Part shown: positions 48,888 to 52,337 of the stretch, piece by piece
How the letters are laid out: each line of letters begins with the position of its first letter
Position numbering within the stretch: position 1 is the first letter of the stretch
IMG/VR virus record: IMGVR_UViG_3300036770_004836
Location: 1 to 52,337 of that record
DNA length: 52,337 bases
Origin: a virus
Lineage: Duplodnaviria > Caudoviricetes
Direction: 5' to 3' (one strand)
Made by a program: the position numbers and the translations under genes
Notes under the pieces: model-generated
Database searches by the model: none
What the model was told of the DNA's origin: nothing
The model's input: the letters and a program-made list of their open reading frames with translations, nothing else

Positions 48888-51800
48888 CTATTTTTTTATG
48901 ATGTTTTTTAATTCATCAATTTGAGTTTGTTGTTCTTTCACACATTCAATAAGAAGTGCGACAATCTTATCGTATTTAACCGCCAAGTAACCATTTTCTC
49001 TTCGTGTTACAACCTCAGGGATAACTTTTTCTATTTCCTGAGCAATAACCCCAATATCATGTCCTTCATTTTCATGAATACCTTCCATTGGAATCCAATC
49101 GTATTGATAACCTCCGATTTGGACAATTTTTTCAATTGGATTTTTAATTAAATTAATATTCTCCTTGAGTCGTATATCCGAACTATAGAATGCAATAACG
49201 TCATTCGTTGCTCTAATCAATCCGACTGTTGTAGGGGTATTGGTTCCAACACCAAGTGCTCCGTTTATATAAGCGGTGGTTCCATCGAATGTGAAGTTAA
49301 CTTCACCATTAATTGTTCCTGCGGTTCCTGTCGCGGTTAACACATAGTTGTTTGTGTTATTATTAATTGTCCCTAAACCTGACGATCCACTCGTTCCAGA
49401 GGTTCCAGATGTTCCTGATGAACCACTAGATCCTGAAGTTCCACTTGTTCCTGAAGTACCACTAGTTCCTGAAGATCCTGATGTTCCGCTAGTTCCTGAA
49501 GTTCCACTAGTTCCTGATGAACCACTAGATCCTGAAGTACCACTAGTTCCTGAAGTTCCACTTGTTCCTGAAGATCCTGATGTTCCGCTAGTACCTGAAG
49601 TACCACTAGTTCCTGATGAACCAGAGGTTCCGTTAGTTCCTGAAGTTCCACTTGTTCCAGATGATCCAGATGTTCCACTAGTTCCTGAAGTTCCACTCGT
49701 TCCCGAAGAACCCGAGGTTCCGTTAGTTCCTGATGTACCACTAGTTCCTGATGAACCTGATGTTCCGCTAGTCCCTGACGTACCACTAGTTCCTGATGAA
49801 CCTGATGTACCACTAGTACCTGATGAACCAGAAGTTCCGTCAGTCCCTGATGTACCACTAGTTCCTGATGAACCAGACGTTCCGTCAGTTCCACTTGTTC
49901 CAGATGTTCCACTTGTTCCTGAAGATCCTGATGTTCCACTAGTCCCTGAAGTACCACTAGTACCTGACGAACCAGAGGTTCCGTCAGTTCCACTTGTCCC
50001 ATCAGTTCCACTTGTTCCAGATGTTCCGCTAGTCCCTGAAGTACCACTAGTACCTGATGAACCAGAGGTTCCGTCAGTCCCTGATGTACCATCAGTTCCA
50101 CTTGTACCTGATGTTCCACTTGTTCCTGATGTCCCACTTGTTCCACTTGTTCCTGAAGATCCTGATGTACCACTAGTTCCTGAAGTACCACTAGTACCTG
50201 ATGAACCAGAGGTTCCGTCAGTCCCTGATGTACCATCAGTTCCACTTGTTCCACTTGTGCCTGATGTTCCACTAGTCCCTGAAGTACCACTAGTACCTGA
50301 TGAACCAGAGGTTCCACTAGTCCCTGATGTACCACTAGTACCTGATGAACCAGATGTTCCGTCAGTTCCACTTGTACCTGATGTTCCACTTGTTCCTGAA
50401 GATCCTGATGTACCACTAGTCCCTGAAGTACCACTAGTACCTGATGAACCAGAGGTTCCGTCAGTCCCTGATGTACCATCAGTTCCACTTGTACCTGATG
50501 TACCACTAGTCCCTGAAGTACCACTAGTACCTGATGAACCAGAGGTTCCGCTAGTCCCTGAAGTACCACTAGTACCTGATGAACCAGAGGTTCCGTCAGT
50601 CCCTGATGTACCATCAGTTCCACTTGTTCCTGATGTTCCACTTGTTCCACTTGTTCCTGAAGACCCTGATGTACCACTAGTTCCTGAAGATCCTGATGTT
50701 CCATCAGTTCCTGATGAACCAGAGGTTCCGTCAGTTCCACTTGTTCCAGATGTTCCGCTAGTCCCTGAAGTGCCACTTGTTCCTGATGTACCACTAGTTC
50801 CTGAGGATCCTGAGGTACCACTAGTTCCTGAAGAGCCAGATGTACCATTTATAATACCCAACGTAGTTTGCGCGTAGGAGTAATGTATACTACCTTCAGT
50901 CGCTAAGGTAACTGTTCCTGTGACACCTCCTGTATTTGTTGCACGTACCTTAACAAGTATTTGGTCCGAAACTGTGATAGTATATCCACTTTGATATACA
51001 TCAGAAATTTCCATCGTAAACGTTGGTGAATCCGATAGTATTGGTGTCGGATCTGATGCAAATAACAACGTTTCAGTACCTCCAGTTGTTCTTTTATATA
51101 CCTCACAGAATATATCAAAAGTGACACTAGCACTTGATTTATAACTATGTAAAAAGAATTGCCATATTCCCGCAGGAATTGAGGTAACTCCCGGAACACC
51201 TGTATCCGTTAAAAATGACTGAATTGTATCTGTTAAACCAGATGCAATCGATGGCGATGTTATAGTTTGTTCACCAGTATCCGTTGGAAAAATCGAAAAC
51301 TCCTTATATGGACCTGAAGTGATTGACTCATTGAAGTAGTATATTGCTCCCCCCGAAACACCATTTACACCTGATGTTCCACTAGTTCCTGAAGTACCAC
51401 TAGTCCCTGAAGTACCACTAGTACCTGATGAACCAGAGGTTCCGTCAGTTCCTGATGTACCACTTGTTCCTGATGATCCAGATGTTCCTGAAGTACCACT
51501 AGTTCCTGAAGATCCTGATGTTCCATCAGTTCCAGATGTTCCGCTAGTTCCTGATGATCCAGATGTTCCTGATGAACCAGAGGTTCCATCAGTTCCTGAT
51601 GTACCACTTGTTCCTGATGTCCCACTTGTTCCTGATGTCCCACTTGTTCCTGAGGAACCAGAAGTTCCATCGGTACCAGATGTTCCTGAAGTTCCACTTG
51701 TTCCTGATGATCCAGATGTTCCGTCGGTACCAGACGTTCCAGATGTTCCACTAGTTCCTGAAGATCCTGATGTTCCATCAGTTCCTGATGAACCAGAGGT

Positions 51801-52337
51801 TCCGTCAGTTCCAGACGTTCCAGATGTTCCACTAGTTCCAGATGTTCCACTCGTTCCAGATGTTCCACTCGTTCCTGAAGAACCTGATGTTCCATCGGTA
51901 CCAGATGTTCCGCTAGTTCCTGATGATCCAGATGTTCCATCAGTTCCAGACGTTCCAGATGTTCCTGAAGTACCACTAGTTCCTGAAGATCCTGATGTTC
52001 CATCAGTTCCAGACGTTCCAGATGTCCCTGAAGTTCCAGAAGTACCACTAGTTCCTGATGATCCAGATGTTCCGTCGGTACCAGACGTTCCAGATGTTCC
52101 ACTAGTTCCTGAAGTACCACTAGTTCCTGAAGATCCTGATGTTCCATCAGTTCCTGATGAACCAGAGGTTCCGTCAGTTCCAGACGTTCCACTAGTACCA
52201 GAAGTTCCACTCGTTCCTGAAGAACCTGATGTTCCATCGGTACCAGATGTTCCTGAAGTTCCACTTGTTCCTGAGGAACCAGAAGTTCCATCAGTACCAC
52301 TAGTTCCTGAAGTTCCACTTGTTCCTGAGGAACCAGA
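48888..52337 (-). CDS. Giant collagen-like (Gly-Thr-Ser repeat) tail fibre with C-terminal intramolecular chaperone (Peptidase S74-like) domain; 5' end outside the window
   Basis: Frame stays open upstream of 51068 to the window edge (...SGTSGVNGVSGGAIYYFNES...IPAGIWQFFLH...GGTETLLFASD...); C-terminal FYSSDIRLKENI...IGVIAQEIEKVIPEVV...KYDKIVALLIECVKEQQTQIDELK. Confidence 0.88.
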   Translation of the reverse strand, partial: SGSSGTSGTSGTSGTDGTSGSSGTSGTSGTSGTDGTSGSSGTSGTSGTSGTSGTDGTSGSSGTDGTSGSSGTSGTSGTSGTSGTSGTDGTSGSSGTSGTSGTSGTSGTSGTDGTSGSSGTSGTSGTSGTSGTDGTSGSSGTSGTSGTDGTSGSSGTSGTSGTSGTSGTSGTSGTSGTDGTSGSSGTDGTSGSSGTSGTSGTSGTDGTSGSSGTSGTSGTSGTDGTSGSSGTSGTSGTSGTSGTSGTSGTDGTSGSSGTSGSSGTSGTSGTDGTSGSSGTSGTSGTSGSSGTSGTSGTDGTSGSSGTSGTSGTSGTSGTSGTSGVNGVSGGAIYYFNESITSGPYKEFSIFPTDTGEQTITSPSIASGLTDTIQSFLTDTGVPGVTSIPAGIWQFFLHSYKSSASVTFDIFCEVYKRTTGGTETLLFASDPTPILSDSPTFTMEISDVYQSGYTITVSDQILVKVRATNTGGVTGTVTLATEGSIHYSYAQTTLGIINGTSGSSGTSGTSGSSGTSGTSGTSGTSGTSGTSGTSGTDGTSGSSGTDGTSGSSGTSGTSGSSGTSGTSGTSGTSGTDGTSGTDGTSGSSGTSGTSGTSGTSGSSGTSGTSGTSGTSGTSGTDGTSGTDGTSGSSGTSGTSGTSGTSGSSGTSGTSGTSGTDGTSGSSGTSGTSGTSGTSGSSGTSGTSGTSGTSGTSGTSGTDGTSGTDGTSGSSGTSGTSGTSGTSGSSGTSGTSGTSGTSGTSGTSGTDGTSGTDGTSGSSGTSGTSGTSGTSGTSGTDGTSGTDGTSGSSGTSGTSGTSGTSGSSGTSGTSGTSGTDGTSGSSGTSGTSGTDGTSGSSGTSGTSGSSGTSGTSGTSGTSGSSGTSGTSGTNGTSGSSGTSGTSGTSGTSGSSGTSGTSGTNGTSGSSGTSGTSGTSGTSGSSGTSGTSGTSGTSGSSGSSGTSGTSGTSGTSGSSGTSGTSGTSGTSGSSGSSGTSGTSGTSGSSGLGTINNNTNNYVLTATGTAGTINGEVNFTFDGTTAYINGALGVGTNTPTTVGLIRATNDVIAFYSSDIRLKENINLIKNPIEKIVQIGGYQYDWIPMEGIHENEGHDIGVIAQEIEKVIPEVVTRRENGYLAVKYDKIVALLIECVKEQQTQIDELKNIIKK
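49378..50847 (-). repeat. Coding tandem repeat, 9-bp unit (GTS/GSS/GTD/GTN), roughly 160 Gly-X-Y triplets
   Basis: Directly visible in the sequence and translation. Confidence 0.95.
51370..52337 (-). repeat. Second coding tandem repeat block (GTS/GSS/GTD), more than 100 triplets, continuing past the window edge
   Basis: Same 9-bp periodicity, in frame with the fibre ORF. Confidence 0.95.

Noticed and set aside
410-49151. Numerous 60-95 aa antisense or alternative-frame ORFs from the track
   Set aside because: They lie within or across well-supported genes, show no motifs, and are expected by chance
49348-50877. 509-aa plus-strand VPLVPEVP ORF and the 491-aa alternative-frame minus ORF (49373-50848)
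   Set aside because: Stop-free shadows of the GTS repeat; only the Gly-X-Y frame connects to the chaperone domain
51365-52318. 317-aa ELQELVV-type ORF
   Set aside because: Alternative-frame shadow of the second repeat block; the fibre frame is open across this region
49378-52337. Repeats as a CRISPR array
   Set aside because: 9-bp coding periodicity, no unique spacers, no cas genes

Overview
AT-rich, densely packed segment, most likely from a large tailed phage. Evidence: a fibre gene with a C-terminal intramolecular-chaperone (Peptidase S74-type) domain, ATGA/TAATG gene overlaps, and starts without Shine-Dalgarno motifs but usually with A at -3, which hints at a Bacteroidota host (inference). 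The minus strand begins at the right edge with a giant Gly-Thr-Ser collagen-like fibre gene that runs off the window. About 45 co-oriented genes follow: GDP-sugar synthesis enzymes (Gmd, ColD-like, two Fcl/ColC-like, mini TPP E1 alpha/beta, a UDP-glucose-dehydrogenase-family enzyme, epimerases); many glycosyltransferase-like genes (GT2/GT-A, GT7 with LamG inserts, fucosyltransferase-like, a five-member GT10-like paralog family); and tailoring enzymes (carbamoyl-, amidino-, amino- and methyltransferases, 5 SGNH proteins, 3 radical SAM enzymes, 6 2OG-Fe(II) oxygenases, a SET domain). These converge on a plus-strand five-domain glycosyltransferase polyprotein with a TibC/Aah-like protein O-glycosyltransferase domain. 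Most notable: (1) a shared C-terminal hydrophobic dipeptide (mostly -LI) on unrelated tailoring enzymes but not on the core nucleotide-sugar enzymes; (2) a circularly permuted ATP-grasp-like protein fused to three tandem Hint domains separated by 1-2 residue linkers, with an in-frame TGA in the third, followed by an unannotated 47-aa ORF and a protein-modification cassette; (3) an overall layout that suggests a phage-encoded system for glycosylating and decorating virion fibres. All functional calls come from motif reading by eye; no database searches were run.
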